NCBI GenBank assembly: GCA_041690595.1
Contig: JAWLHB010000034.1
Location: 62,001-88,414 of the forward strand
DNA: 26,414 bases
Source of the DNA: Lentisphaeria bacterium
GTDB taxonomy: Bacteria; Verrucomicrobiota; Lentisphaeria; JABSQK01; JAWLHB01
Reading direction: 5' to 3'
Every line of letters starts with the position of its first letter. Position 1 is the stretch's first letter. The notes below the pieces were generated by a model. That model made no database searches. It was given only the letters and a program-made list of their open reading frames with translations, and was not told where the DNA came from. The position numbers and the translations under genes were made by a program. Below, one piece after another: positions 1 through 8,494 of this stretch.

Positions 1-1
1 G

Positions 2-17
2 CATACGTCTCCTCCCC
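2..17 (-). promoter_or_regulatory. Shine-Dalgarno plus ATG of a divergent gene running off the left edge
   Basis: Minus strand reads GGGGAGGAG-acgt-ATG, with the ATG at 4..2. The gene body lies outside the window. Confidence 0.5.
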
Positions 18-79
18 GGCCGGACTATACAGCCGGCGGCGTTGTCTGTCACCGGCCAACGATGAAAAAGCGCTGGTGC

Positions 80-108
80 TGGCAATAGTATAAAGCCTGA
101 TGTACTTT
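80..108 (+). promoter_or_regulatory. candidate sigma70-type promoter for fabI
   Basis: TGGCAA (80-85), 17 nt, TACTTT (103-108), in an AT-rich patch upstream of the ATG at 153. Confidence 0.35.
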
Positions 109-152
109 ATGGCCTTTCCGTCAACCATGAATTTCCGAGGATCCCACTCACC

Positions 153-950
153 ATGATCGAAGCCGGCAAAACTTATCTTGTCATGGGGCTCTTGAACCCC
201 GAATCCATCGCTTATTCCATCGGCGAGTCGATACGTCGTGCTGGGGGGCGCGTCATTTACACAATGATGAGTGAGCGCATGAAGCGAATCTTTCTGGATC
301 GGTCGAAGGATTTGACCGAGGAGCAGCGGCAGGTGCTGGACATCCGCTACTGCGATGTGACGAAAGAGGAGGAAGTGGCGGCGCTCTTCGCGGAGTTCGA
401 CGAGATTGCCGGGGTGGTGCACTCGATTGCCTACTGCAATCCGAAAACCTGCCTGACGGACGAATTCCATACGGATGCCTATGACGACCTGAAGAACGGC
501 TTCCACATCAGCGCGATCTCGCTGGCGACGGTGACGCGCCACGCGCAGCCGAAGATGAAGGAAGGTGGCGCCGTTGTCGCGCTGACCTTTGACTCGTCGC
601 ATGCCTATCCGTTCTACAACTGGATGGGGGTGAATAAAGCGGCGCTGGAAGCAGTGGTGCGCGGTCTGGCGCGCCGGCATGGCTCCGATCTGGTGCGGGT
701 CAATGCCGTTTCCTCGGGGCCGCTCGACACGACGGCCGCGGGCGCGATTGGCGGCTTCGGCGAATTGACCTCGACCTGGCAGCATCGCAGTCCCTTGCCG
801 TGGGACAATGATGCGGACAAGCAGTCGGTGGCGGATGCCGTCATGTTCCTGGTGGGCCCGTACTCGCGCAAGATCACGGGGCAGACGCTGCACGTGGATG
901 GCGGTGTCTCGATCACCGGCGGCGATCTTCTGCCGCACGAGCGCGTCTGA
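153..950 (+). CDS. fabI: enoyl-[acyl-carrier-protein] reductase (FabI/InhA-type SDR)
   Basis: N-terminal YLVMGLLNPESIAY, VVHSIAY, catalytic YNWMGVNK (Y-x6-K), VRVNAVSSGP and ITGQTLHVDGG are all FabI-type motifs. Confidence 0.9.
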   Translation: MIEAGKTYLVMGLLNPESIAYSIGESIRRAGGRVIYTMMSERMKRIFLDRSKDLTEEQRQVLDIRYCDVTKEEEVAALFAEFDEIAGVVHSIAYCNPKTCLTDEFHTDAYDDLKNGFHISAISLATVTRHAQPKMKEGGAVVALTFDSSHAYPFYNWMGVNKAALEAVVRGLARRHGSDLVRVNAVSSGPLDTTAAGAIGGFGELTSTWQHRSPLPWDNDADKQSVADAVMFLVGPYSRKITGQTLHVDGGVSITGGDLLPHERV

Positions 951-951
951 A

Positions 952-1710
952 TCAGCGACGGCGAACGAGCCAGAGAGCGGCAATGAAAGCGCCGGTCAGG
1001 CATACGAGCAGGAAAAGGATGCTCATGGCGGCATGAGGTGGGGCAGAATGGCCGGCCAGGCTGCCCCGCATCAGCGCCAAGGCGTGGGAGAGTGGGTTGA
1101 TCTGCATGATCAGGCGAAGCCACATTGGCGCTCCAGTCATGGGGAAGGCGGCGCCGGAGAAGATCCACATGGGCAGCAGGAGAACACTCATCAGGCTGTG
1201 ATAGCCGTGCGTCGAACTCATGGGCCAGGCCATAAGGACCCCGAGGGTCGTCAGCAGAAAGCCGGTAATGAGCATCCACAGTAGCATCTGCAGCAGGCCG
1301 CCGAAGGTCAGGGAGAGCGAGAGCATCGGCAAGAGGAGGAGGAGCAGGAACAAGCTGCCCTGCAGCATGCCGAGGAGCGCGCCCCCGACGACTTTGCCGA
1401 GCACCACGGCGGCGCGTGGCGCGGGCGAAACCAGCACGCCTTGCATGAAGCCCGCGCGGCGGTCCTCGATGATCGAGAAGGTCGAGAAGATCGCGGTGAA
1501 CATGATCACCATGAGCAGGATGCCGGGAAAGAAGTATTCGATGTAGGAGTTTTCATTGCCGGCAGGCTGAAAGGAGGCATTGAGTCCGGTACCGATGAGC
1601 AGCCAGAAGAGGAGTGGCTGGAGGAGGACGCCGATGAGGCGGGCGCGGTCGCGATAGAAGTGGGTGATCTCGCGATGGACCAGGGTAAAGGAGGAGAGCA
1701 GCAGGTTCAT
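952..1710 (-). CDS. ABC-2 type exporter permease
   Basis: About six hydrophobic segments; YIEYFFPGIL, SIIEDRRAGFMQGVLVSP..VVLGK, FSGAAFP and INPLSH motifs. Start overlaps the ATPase stop (ATGA). Confidence 0.88.
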   Translation of the reverse strand: MNLLLSSFTLVHREITHFYRDRARLIGVLLQPLLFWLLIGTGLNASFQPAGNENSYIEYFFPGILLMVIMFTAIFSTFSIIEDRRAGFMQGVLVSPAPRAAVVLGKVVGGALLGMLQGSLFLLLLLLPMLSLSLTFGGLLQMLLWMLITGFLLTTLGVLMAWPMSSTHGYHSLMSVLLLPMWIFSGAAFPMTGAPMWLRLIMQINPLSHALALMRGSLAGHSAPPHAAMSILFLLVCLTGAFIAALWLVRRR

Positions 1711-2639
1711 GACGGGCTCCCTCCCGCGAAGGGCTTGCCGGTGTGGTGAATGTAGACATCCTCCAGAGTGGGGCGTCCGGCGGTGATGGTCTCGATGCAG
1801 GTGCCGTAGTGGGTCATGATGTCGGCCACCAGTTCAGGACCGCGTTCATCGCCAAAGCGGATGCAGTTGCCCTTTACGCCTGGCCGCAGATTGAGTCGCT
1901 CGCTCAGTTCCGCCGCCAACTTGTCGGCATGGCTGGCGGTAATGGTGACGATCTCGGTGCCCAGAGCGCTCTTGAGGGCCTTGGGCTCGCCGAAGGCGAC
2001 CAGTCTGCCGCCATCCAGGATGCCGACCAGATTGGCGCGTTCCGCCTCCTCGAACCAGTGGGTCGTAAAGAGGACGGAGAGTTCCTGTTCGCGGCGGATC
2101 TGTTCGAGGAGGGCCCAGAAATCGAGTCGGACGGAGGGATCGAGGCCGGTGGTGGGTTCGTCAAGGAGGAGGCCGCTGGGCATGTGCAGGAGGGCCCTGG
2201 CCAGCTCCACCCGACGTTGCAGTCCCCCGGAGAGGGTGCCGATGCGATCGCGCCCGCGTGCTTCGAGGTCGAAGCGTTTCAGGTTTGCATCGATCCGCTG
2301 CCGCAGGGTTCCGCCCCAGAGGCCGTACAGATGGCCGTGATGGCGGAGATTCTCCTTCACGCTCAGTTTGTCATCCAGCGATGGGGACTGAAAGACGATG
2401 CCGAGTTTGCGGCGGATCTGCTGGCTCTCGCGGCTGATCGGGTGGCCGAAGATGTCGGCCGAACCGGCGGCAGCCTGACGCATGCCGGAGAGGATGTGGA
2501 AGAGGGTGGTCTTGCCGCTGCCATTCGGGCCGAGGAGGGCGACGAAGGCTCCCTGAGGCGCCTGCATGGAGACCTGGCGCAGGGCGGCCCGTTCGCCGTA
2601 ATTGAAGTCGAGTGCGTGAATGTCGAGGAAGTTCTGCAT
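1707..2639 (-). CDS. ABC transporter ATP-binding protein (DrrA/NodI-like)
   Basis: Walker A GPNGSGKTT, signature LSGGLQRR, Walker B LLLDEPTTGLD, H-loop TTH, C-terminal PTLEDVY. Start moved to ATG 2639 because the ORF-track TTG at 2675 coincides with a -35 box. Confidence 0.92.
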   Translation of the reverse strand: MQNFLDIHALDFNYGERAALRQVSMQAPQGAFVALLGPNGSGKTTLFHILSGMRQAAAGSADIFGHPISRESQQIRRKLGIVFQSPSLDDKLSVKENLRHHGHLYGLWGGTLRQRIDANLKRFDLEARGRDRIGTLSGGLQRRVELARALLHMPSGLLLDEPTTGLDPSVRLDFWALLEQIRREQELSVLFTTHWFEEAERANLVGILDGGRLVAFGEPKALKSALGTEIVTITASHADKLAAELSERLNLRPGVKGNCIRFGDERGPELVADIMTHYGTCIETITAGRPTLEDVYIHHTGKPFAGGSPS

Positions 2640-2647
2640 GGGTGGCG

Positions 2648-2675
2648 AATGTAAAGCAAAGCGCGCAATATTCAA
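2648..2675 (-). promoter_or_regulatory. candidate promoter for the ABC operon (near-leaderless)
   Basis: Minus strand TTGAAT (2675-2670), 16 nt, TACATT (2653-2648), ending 8 nt before ATG 2639. Confidence 0.5.
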
Positions 2676-2699
2676 CCCGTCCCAGCTGGCTTTGTTGGA

Positions 2700-2728
2700 T
2701 TGAAATGGGGGTGTGAAGCGAGTATGTT
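2700..2728 (+). promoter_or_regulatory. candidate promoter for the zinc ribbon / HIT operon
   Basis: TTGAAA (2700-2705), 17 nt, TATGTT (2723-2728). Confidence 0.5.
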
Positions 2729-2774
2729 GCTACAAGAATTCACTATCATGCAAGTCTTAATCGCGAGAGAACCC

Positions 2775-3023
2775 ATGCCTATCTACGAGTATCATTGTGA
2801 GGATTGCGGAGCGCAGTTCGAGAAGATGACCAGCCATTCGAAGGCAGACAGCATGACCTGCGTGGCGTGCGAGAGCGCGCGGACGCGGCGCCTTCTGTCG
2901 GTCTTCGGGGTATCGGCATCGGCGAAGCCGAAGAGTCCGTGCGCCAGTGGCCAATGCCCGATGCCAAGCGAAGGACCGGGCAGCGGCTGTGGCGCCGGCA
3001 TGTGTCCCGGAATGATGAATTGA
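2775..3023 (+). CDS. FmdB-family zinc ribbon protein (CxxC_CxxC_SSSS type)
   Basis: Canonical start MPIYEYHCEDCG, second CVAC pair, RLLSVF, and a Cys/Gly-rich tail. Confidence 0.88.
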   Translation: MPIYEYHCEDCGAQFEKMTSHSKADSMTCVACESARTRRLLSVFGVSASAKPKSPCASGQCPMPSEGPGSGCGAGMCPGMMN

Positions 3024-3550
3024 ATACAGAGAAGCAGCACCGCGGCGATGCGTCATCTCCGAGCCGTCCGATCTGGGCGCCCTGGCGAATCGAGTATATC
3101 CTGGCGCCGAAAGATGGAGAATGCTTCATCTGCCGCAAGGCGCAGGCGCGTGAACTGGACGCGGAGAATCAGGTGGTGGCGCGTGGCGAACATGTGCTGG
3201 TGCTGATGAACAATTACCCGTACAACCCGGGGCATCTTCTCTTCGCTCCCTATCGCCATGTCGACGATCTGGACCTGCTGACGGCGGCGGAGCGAGAGGA
3301 GCTGATGGCCCTGCTGGTGCACGGTGAGAAGGTGTTGAAGAAGGTGATGTCGCCGCAGGGCTTCAACGCGGGCTGCAACCTCGGCGAGGTGGCGGGGGCG
3401 GGGCTCAAGGATCATGTCCACTGGCATCTGGTACCTCGCTGGGGCGGTGATACCAACTTCATGCCGGTGATCGGCGACGTCCGTTGCGTGCCGGAAGCGC
3501 TGGCCGCGACCTGCACCGTGCTGCGCGAGCATTGGCACGACGTTGAGTGA
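3020..3550 (+). CDS. HIT-family protein (Ap4A phosphorylase/hydrolase-like)
   Basis: IWAPWRIEYI, CFIC, NNYPYNPGHLL, GFNAGCNLGEVAGAG and histidine triad HVHWHLVPRW. Start inferred at the in-frame TTG overlapping the upstream stop (TTGA). Confidence 0.88.
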   Translation: MNTEKQHRGDASSPSRPIWAPWRIEYILAPKDGECFICRKAQARELDAENQVVARGEHVLVLMNNYPYNPGHLLFAPYRHVDDLDLLTAAEREELMALLVHGEKVLKKVMSPQGFNAGCNLGEVAGAGLKDHVHWHLVPRWGGDTNFMPVIGDVRCVPEALAATCTVLREHWHDVE

Positions 3551-3911
3551 TCGTCCTCCAGAGCCCTCGCGCGGCGTTACCGGCAGGCCGTCACCCGGGC
3601 GTTCGAGATCACGCGGGCTGGTGCGGGTGGCGAGCTTCATCTATCCGGGGCTGGGGCAGTTGCTGGACGGGCGCTGGCTGTCGGGGTTGAGCTATGCCGG
3701 GCTCGCGACCGCGGGACTGCTTCTTGCCGTGGTGCCTTACTTTACCTGGCTCTTCAGACTGTACGCAATCCTCCTTGACGGTGGAGAATTGACCGCGGAT
3801 CAGCAGCAGGCGCCGTGGGGCAGCCTGATCGGCGGCATCGTTCTGGTTCTGGTCGTCTATGTGGTCAGCATTCTGGATCCCGGCGGCAGGAAGACTCAGT
3901 CGAAAGAGTAG
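3543..3911 (+). CDS. small membrane protein with a PGLGQ motif
   Basis: SFIYPGLGQLLDGRW followed by two hydrophobic segments; overlaps the HIT stop. Start uncertain. Confidence 0.65.
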   Translation: MSDRPPEPSRGVTGRPSPGRSRSRGLVRVASFIYPGLGQLLDGRWLSGLSYAGLATAGLLLAVVPYFTWLFRLYAILLDGGELTADQQQAPWGSLIGGIVLVLVVYVVSILDPGGRKTQSKE

Positions 3912-4600
3912 GGGAGGACCTCACCGGTCAGTTCGACACAGTCGGGAGCAACTTGTGCCTGGCAGGGGAGAATGAGGACACCGGCTGCCTCGGCGGCTCT
4001 GAGACCGGCGGCGTAGGCCGGATCGATTTGCGTGGCTGGACGGAAGGTACTGCCGTCGGAGCGCTGGACAACGAAGAGCATGACGGCGCGGTGCCCCTGG
4101 CGGACGACCTCCATCAAGTCGTGGAGATGCTTCAGGCCGCGGGTGGTGACCGCATCGGGAAAGCGATAGAAGCCGTCGTCTTCCACGAGGGTGACATTCT
4201 TGACCTCGATGTAGCAGTCGCCGTCCCGGTCGGTGGCGAGCAGATCGATCCGGCTGTTGGCGCCGTACCTGACCTCGCGGCGCAACTGGTCGAAGGCGGG
4301 CAAGCAGGGGATGCGTCCGGTCAGCAATGCCTCTTCGGCGAGACGATTGGGGAGCTGCGTATTGACGCCGATCCAGCAGCGACCATTGTGCACCATCTCC
4401 AGGGTGCAGCGCAGCTTGCGGAGCGGATTGCCGCTGTCGCTTACCATGGCGGGCCAGCCTTCACCCACACAACTCCGCATGCTACCGGAGTTTGCACAAT
4501 GAACGGTAGTCATTTCGCCATCGGGCCAAAGAACGTCTGCCAGAAAGCGCTTGTATCGCCGGAGAAGGGTGACGGATTGGAGCGGGGCGGGGAAGCGCAT
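3896..4600 (-). CDS. sfsA: sugar fermentation stimulation protein A (PD-(D/E)XK nuclease fold)
   Basis: RRYKRFLADV, HCANSGSM, SRIDLL, YIEVKNVTL, FPDAVTTRGLKHL and IDPAYA. Confidence 0.95.
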   Translation of the reverse strand: MRFPAPLQSVTLLRRYKRFLADVLWPDGEMTTVHCANSGSMRSCVGEGWPAMVSDSGNPLRKLRCTLEMVHNGRCWIGVNTQLPNRLAEEALLTGRIPCLPAFDQLRREVRYGANSRIDLLATDRDGDCYIEVKNVTLVEDDGFYRFPDAVTTRGLKHLHDLMEVVRQGHRAVMLFVVQRSDGSTFRPATQIDPAYAAGLRAAEAAGVLILPCQAQVAPDCVELTGEVLPYSFD

Positions 4601-4630
4601 CGTGCCGGTGATCCTATTTTACCGTGAGCA

Positions 4631-4658
4631 TTGACTTAAGGCGGGGCGGCTGTACTTT
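4631..4658 (+). promoter_or_regulatory. candidate promoter for the 4714 gene
   Basis: TTGACT (4631-4636), 16 nt, TACTTT (4653-4658). Confidence 0.5.
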
Positions 4659-4713
4659 AATCAAGTGCATCGTGTGTGGCAAATTTCCTTGTAAGGTTGC
4701 GGGGCTTACCGAG

Positions 4714-5343
4714 ATGGGAAAACGGACATTATCCAGCTGTTTGCGTCAGTTCGGCAAGTTGGCCGATCGTTTTATCGACAGTACGAAACCGAGAGAAGAA
4801 ACGCTCGCGGAGTTCAGGAAACTTGTCGATAAGGCGAACAGTGACGCCATCGGCAACGCCTTGGCGACGTTGTTCGTGAAACCGTATGTGTCGCTCCCTC
4901 TGACGCTCGAGTTCACGATGGAAATGGAAGACGACGAACCGCCGGAATGGGTAACGCGTTTTGACCAGACGGAAGGTCGCATTCTCGTGCAGCCGCTGGG
5001 GGTATTCGATTATATCCGCCGCATCCGCACGGTGGAGCTGACCGAGGAAGATTACGAGGATTTCATCCACTGCCGCTATGTGAGCTTTCTCAGCGAGATC
5101 GGGAAGCTTCCGGACATCCACATCCTCTTCATGCTGGTCTTGCAGCGTGTGGCGTACATGCTGGAGATCGCGCATCTGGAGAAGCGGGGTGGCATCATCG
5201 AGGTGGCGGAAGGGGAGTCTTACCACACGCTGCTCTGGGCCTTCAAGGAGGTCGAGAACTTCGTTCGCCGCACGTCCGGCATCAATATCCGCGCCCACTA
5301 CGCCATTTCGTGGTACGAGGCGGAGTGGATCACCGGCCGGTAA
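4714..5343 (+). CDS. hypothetical cytoplasmic protein
   Basis: Protein-like composition with GC3-biased codons. ATG 4714 preferred because the longer ORF-track start overlaps the promoter. No family recognised. Confidence 0.75.
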   Translation: MGKRTLSSCLRQFGKLADRFIDSTKPREETLAEFRKLVDKANSDAIGNALATLFVKPYVSLPLTLEFTMEMEDDEPPEWVTRFDQTEGRILVQPLGVFDYIRRIRTVELTEEDYEDFIHCRYVSFLSEIGKLPDIHILFMLVLQRVAYMLEIAHLEKRGGIIEVAEGESYHTLLWAFKEVENFVRRTSGINIRAHYAISWYEAEWITGR

Positions 5344-5354
5344 GCCTTCGGTGA

Positions 5355-5951
5355 TTATTCGGCTTGGTTCTGGAGGCTGCCCCCTTCGCTCAGGGTGCGG
5401 GTGATCTCCTTGACGGTGGGATGATCCATCAGCTCCCAGAGTTTCTTGTTCTGCGCGAGGGAGAAGATATTGCCATTTTCGATTGCCTTGCGGATCTCCG
5501 GGTCATCGGCCAGCGCCTGGAACTGGGGGTCGTTGGCCAGCCCCTGTATCTTTTCCAGCATGGCGGGATCGGACATGAGGGTCTGAAGAATCTGTTCGAA
5601 GCCAAAGAAGGCATCGACCCTGGCGGAGGTGTCGCCCATGGAGAGCGAGGCTGGGGTGTCGGCAGGCTTTGTCTCTTTGGCGGCGATTGGCAGGTAGTCG
5701 ATGGCGGCAATCTTGTCAGCCTTTATGCTTACCTTGCCGAGCGCTTCAGTCTGGACTTCGTAGACGCCATTGCTGTAGGTGAGGATAACGCCCCGCACCT
5801 CGGATTTGTCCTTGAGGACGAACCTGGCTTCGTTTTCCGGCGTCTTCTCGACAGTGGTGCTCTTGGACGTGGCGGCTTCTCCGGCGGCATCCTCTGCCAT
5901 GGCGGGGGCCATGATGAAGAGGGCCAGCAGGAGGTAGGATAGATGCTTCAT
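5355..5951 (-). CDS. secreted hypothetical protein: small beta domain plus STI1/DP-like helical C-terminus
   Basis: Signal peptide MKHLSYLLLALFIMAPAMA, a beta-strand-like segment, then repeated DP motifs (SDPAM, NDPQF, DDPEI, DHPTV). Confidence 0.75.
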   Translation of the reverse strand: MKHLSYLLLALFIMAPAMAEDAAGEAATSKSTTVEKTPENEARFVLKDKSEVRGVILTYSNGVYEVQTEALGKVSIKADKIAAIDYLPIAAKETKPADTPASLSMGDTSARVDAFFGFEQILQTLMSDPAMLEKIQGLANDPQFQALADDPEIRKAIENGNIFSLAQNKKLWELMDHPTVKEITRTLSEGGSLQNQAE

Positions 5952-6051
5952 GGGAAAAACCTCTGGAGCGTGATGATGCGGGGTGAATGTACCAACTGTT
6001 GTGCGTTAGAACGGTCGAAGCGGATGAATGTTCCCCGATGGGTGATGGCGG

Positions 6052-6984
6052 TCAGCCTCCGAGCAGTTCTTCGACCTCATGCTGGAAGGGGAGCGAGGAC
6101 TGAGCGCCATGCCGGGTAACTGAGAGGGCGCCGGCGGCGCAGGCAAATTGCAGGGCATTTTCGATGGGGCTGCCGCTGCCGATGGCGCAGGCGAGTGCGC
6201 CGATGAAGCAGTCGCCGGCGGCGGTGGTATCGACGGTCTCCACCTCAAAGGCAGGAATGCTGAAGGTTCGGCCGTCGGCGGTGGCGGCGACGCAGCCCTG
6301 GCGTCCGAGGGTGATGACCACGGTTCCGATGCCCCATGCCATCAACTCCTGAGCGGCGCTGAGGGCGGCATCGCGTCCTTCTATCGGCCGGCCCAACAGG
6401 ATGGAAGCTTCATGCTCGTTGGGCACCAGGATATCGACCTTGGCGTACGCTTCTCGCGCGAGAAAGTCGAGGGAGGCTGGCGCGGGGTTGATCATGATGC
6501 GTTTGCACATGTCGTCGCAGAGCTCGACCAGAAAGGCGATGGTGTTGGCGGGGATCTCGTACTGACAGACAATCAGATCGGCATTCCTGAGGAGCTCGCG
6601 GGCGCGCTCGAGGTCGCGTGGCTTGAGGCTGTAGTTGGCGCCTGGCGCGACGGCGATGGCATTCTCGCCATGATCGTCAACGACGATGAGGGCGATGCCG
6701 GTGGAGGTTTCGCCGTCGTGGGTGATGCCGCTCATGTCGACGCCGAAGTTGTCGAGCATTTCCATGGCCTGTTCGGCAAACATGTCACTGCCGAGCTTGC
6801 TGATGAAGCTGACGTGAGCGCCGAGCCTGGCGGCGGCGCAGGCCTGGTTGGCGCCCTTGCCGCCGGCGTTCATGCGGAAGCTGTGGCCGATGACAGTTTC
6901 GCCGGGAGTGGGCAGGCGTTCGGCGCTCACGACCATGTCGGCGTTGCTGCTGCCGACAACGACAATGTGGGGGCGGATGGGCAT
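6052..6984 (-). CDS. rbsK: ribokinase (PfkB family)
   Basis: VVVGSSNAD, GGKGANQA, NPAPA, PNEHEA, ITLG and VDTTAAGDCF. Confidence 0.92.
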   Translation of the reverse strand: MPIRPHIVVVGSSNADMVVSAERLPTPGETVIGHSFRMNAGGKGANQACAAARLGAHVSFISKLGSDMFAEQAMEMLDNFGVDMSGITHDGETSTGIALIVVDDHGENAIAVAPGANYSLKPRDLERARELLRNADLIVCQYEIPANTIAFLVELCDDMCKRIMINPAPASLDFLAREAYAKVDILVPNEHEASILLGRPIEGRDAALSAAQELMAWGIGTVVITLGRQGCVAATADGRTFSIPAFEVETVDTTAAGDCFIGALACAIGSGSPIENALQFACAAGALSVTRHGAQSSLPFQHEVEELLGG

Positions 6985-7010
6985 ATGGGCCTCTTGGGGG
7001 GACAGGTGAT

Positions 7011-8486
7011 TCAGTCGGATTTGGGTGTACGCTTGAGGTGCTGCATGATATGCTCGGCAAGTTTTCGGCCGATCCCCGGGACGCGCTCACAGAGCTGTTC
7101 GGGGGTATGGCGTCGCAGGTTGCTGACGGAGCCGAATTCGGTGAGGATCTGCTCCTTGCGCTTCTTGCCTACGCCCTGGATCTCGTCGAGTATGCTGTTG
7201 AGCATGCGTTTTCGGCGCAGCTGCTGGTGAAAGGTGATGGCAAAGCGGTGGGCCTCGTCGCGGATGGATTGAACAAGGCGCAGCGAGAGTTCAAAGCGCT
7301 CCAGTCGAATCGGTTCAGCGCGGTCGGGCATGAAGATCTCTTCCTGCTTCTTGGCGAGTCCGATGATGGGCAGGTAGTCGAGGCCCAGTTGGGTCAGTGG
7401 TTCGCGGGCAGCATTGAGTTGGCCGCGGCCGCCGTCGATAACGATAAGGTCGGGCAGCCTTCCGGATTCGTCGAGGATGCGGCGATAGCGGCGTTCGACG
7501 ACTTCCCGCATCATGGCAAAATCGTCAATGCCGGAGACTTTCTTGATGCGGAAGTGGCGGTAGTCCTTCTTGGAGGGGGCTCCATTGACGAAGGAGACCA
7601 TGCTGCCGACGGCGAAGGTGCCCATGATGTTGGAGATATCGAAGCACTCGATGACTTCCGGGAGATGGGGCAGGTCGAGCGCCATCTGAAGGTCGAGCAC
7701 GCCTTCGTTGCCGGGGAAATTGTTGATGAAGGAGTGGACGAAGGTGCGGTTCTGGGCGCCGAAAACCGACTTGAGGTTCTGGATGACGTCGCGCATACGG
7801 GCAGCGCGTTCGAACTGCTGTGCTTCGGCGTATTGGTTCATCCGTCGTTCCAGATCGGCGACGACTTCCTGGGTTTGTCCCTCGATGACGGCAATTGCCT
7901 GCTGAACCCGTTGGCGATACTCCTCCTGGGTTACCTTGGCCATGCAGGGAGCCGAACAGAAGCGGACGATGTCGTCGTTGCAGTGGGTATAGTCGACCTC
8001 GCCGGGAATACGGGCGGAACAACTGCGCAGGCCGAAATGGCGCGACAGGTAATCGATGGTGTCGCGCAGGGCGCCGGCGATGGGGTAGGGGCCGAAGTAG
8101 AGGCAGCCGTCGTCCTTGCGGACGCGTGCCAGGATGGGGCGAGGGTAGGGCGCATTCATGTCGATCTTGATCAGCAGGTAGCGTTTGTCATCGCGCAGAA
8201 CGACATTGTAGCGGGGGGTATACTGCTTGATGAGGCGCGATTCAAGGAGAAGGGCCTCTTCAGCCGTGCGGGTGATGGTCACGTCGAACCAGGCGATGCT
8301 GTTGATCAGGGAGCGTAGTTTGGGATCGGCGGTTCTCGCCCGGGAAGGCTGGAAGTAGGATGAGAGGCGCCGCTTCAGGGACTTGGCTTTACCGACATAG
8401 ATGACGGTGGATAGACGATCGCGAAAAATATAGACGCCTGGCTTGTTGGGGATATCGGTGGTGCGGTAGGCGTTTCTGGGAGTCAT
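7011..8486 (-). CDS. uvrC: excinuclease ABC subunit C (short form)
   Basis: GIY-YIG domain (PGVYIF..IYVGKA, LLLESRLIK, PRYN, DDKRY), Cys cluster, UVR motif FERAARMRD, ECFDISN, DGGRGQ, RDEAHRFAI and HhH GVGKKR. Confidence 0.96.
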   Translation of the reverse strand: MTPRNAYRTTDIPNKPGVYIFRDRLSTVIYVGKAKSLKRRLSSYFQPSRARTADPKLRSLINSIAWFDVTITRTAEEALLLESRLIKQYTPRYNVVLRDDKRYLLIKIDMNAPYPRPILARVRKDDGCLYFGPYPIAGALRDTIDYLSRHFGLRSCSARIPGEVDYTHCNDDIVRFCSAPCMAKVTQEEYRQRVQQAIAVIEGQTQEVVADLERRMNQYAEAQQFERAARMRDVIQNLKSVFGAQNRTFVHSFINNFPGNEGVLDLQMALDLPHLPEVIECFDISNIMGTFAVGSMVSFVNGAPSKKDYRHFRIKKVSGIDDFAMMREVVERRYRRILDESGRLPDLIVIDGGRGQLNAAREPLTQLGLDYLPIIGLAKKQEEIFMPDRAEPIRLERFELSLRLVQSIRDEAHRFAITFHQQLRRKRMLNSILDEIQGVGKKRKEQILTEFGSVSNLRRHTPEQLCERVPGIGRKLAEHIMQHLKRTPKSD

Positions 8487-8494
8487 GCCGCACT

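Noticed and set aside
2804..3019. N-terminal 72 aa of the 248-aa HIT ORF
   Set aside because: Out-of-frame overlap with the FmdB-like gene; HIT similarity only starts near IWAPWR.
6148..8318. 360-aa and 426-aa plus-strand ORFs
   Set aside because: Shadows of rbsK and uvrC.
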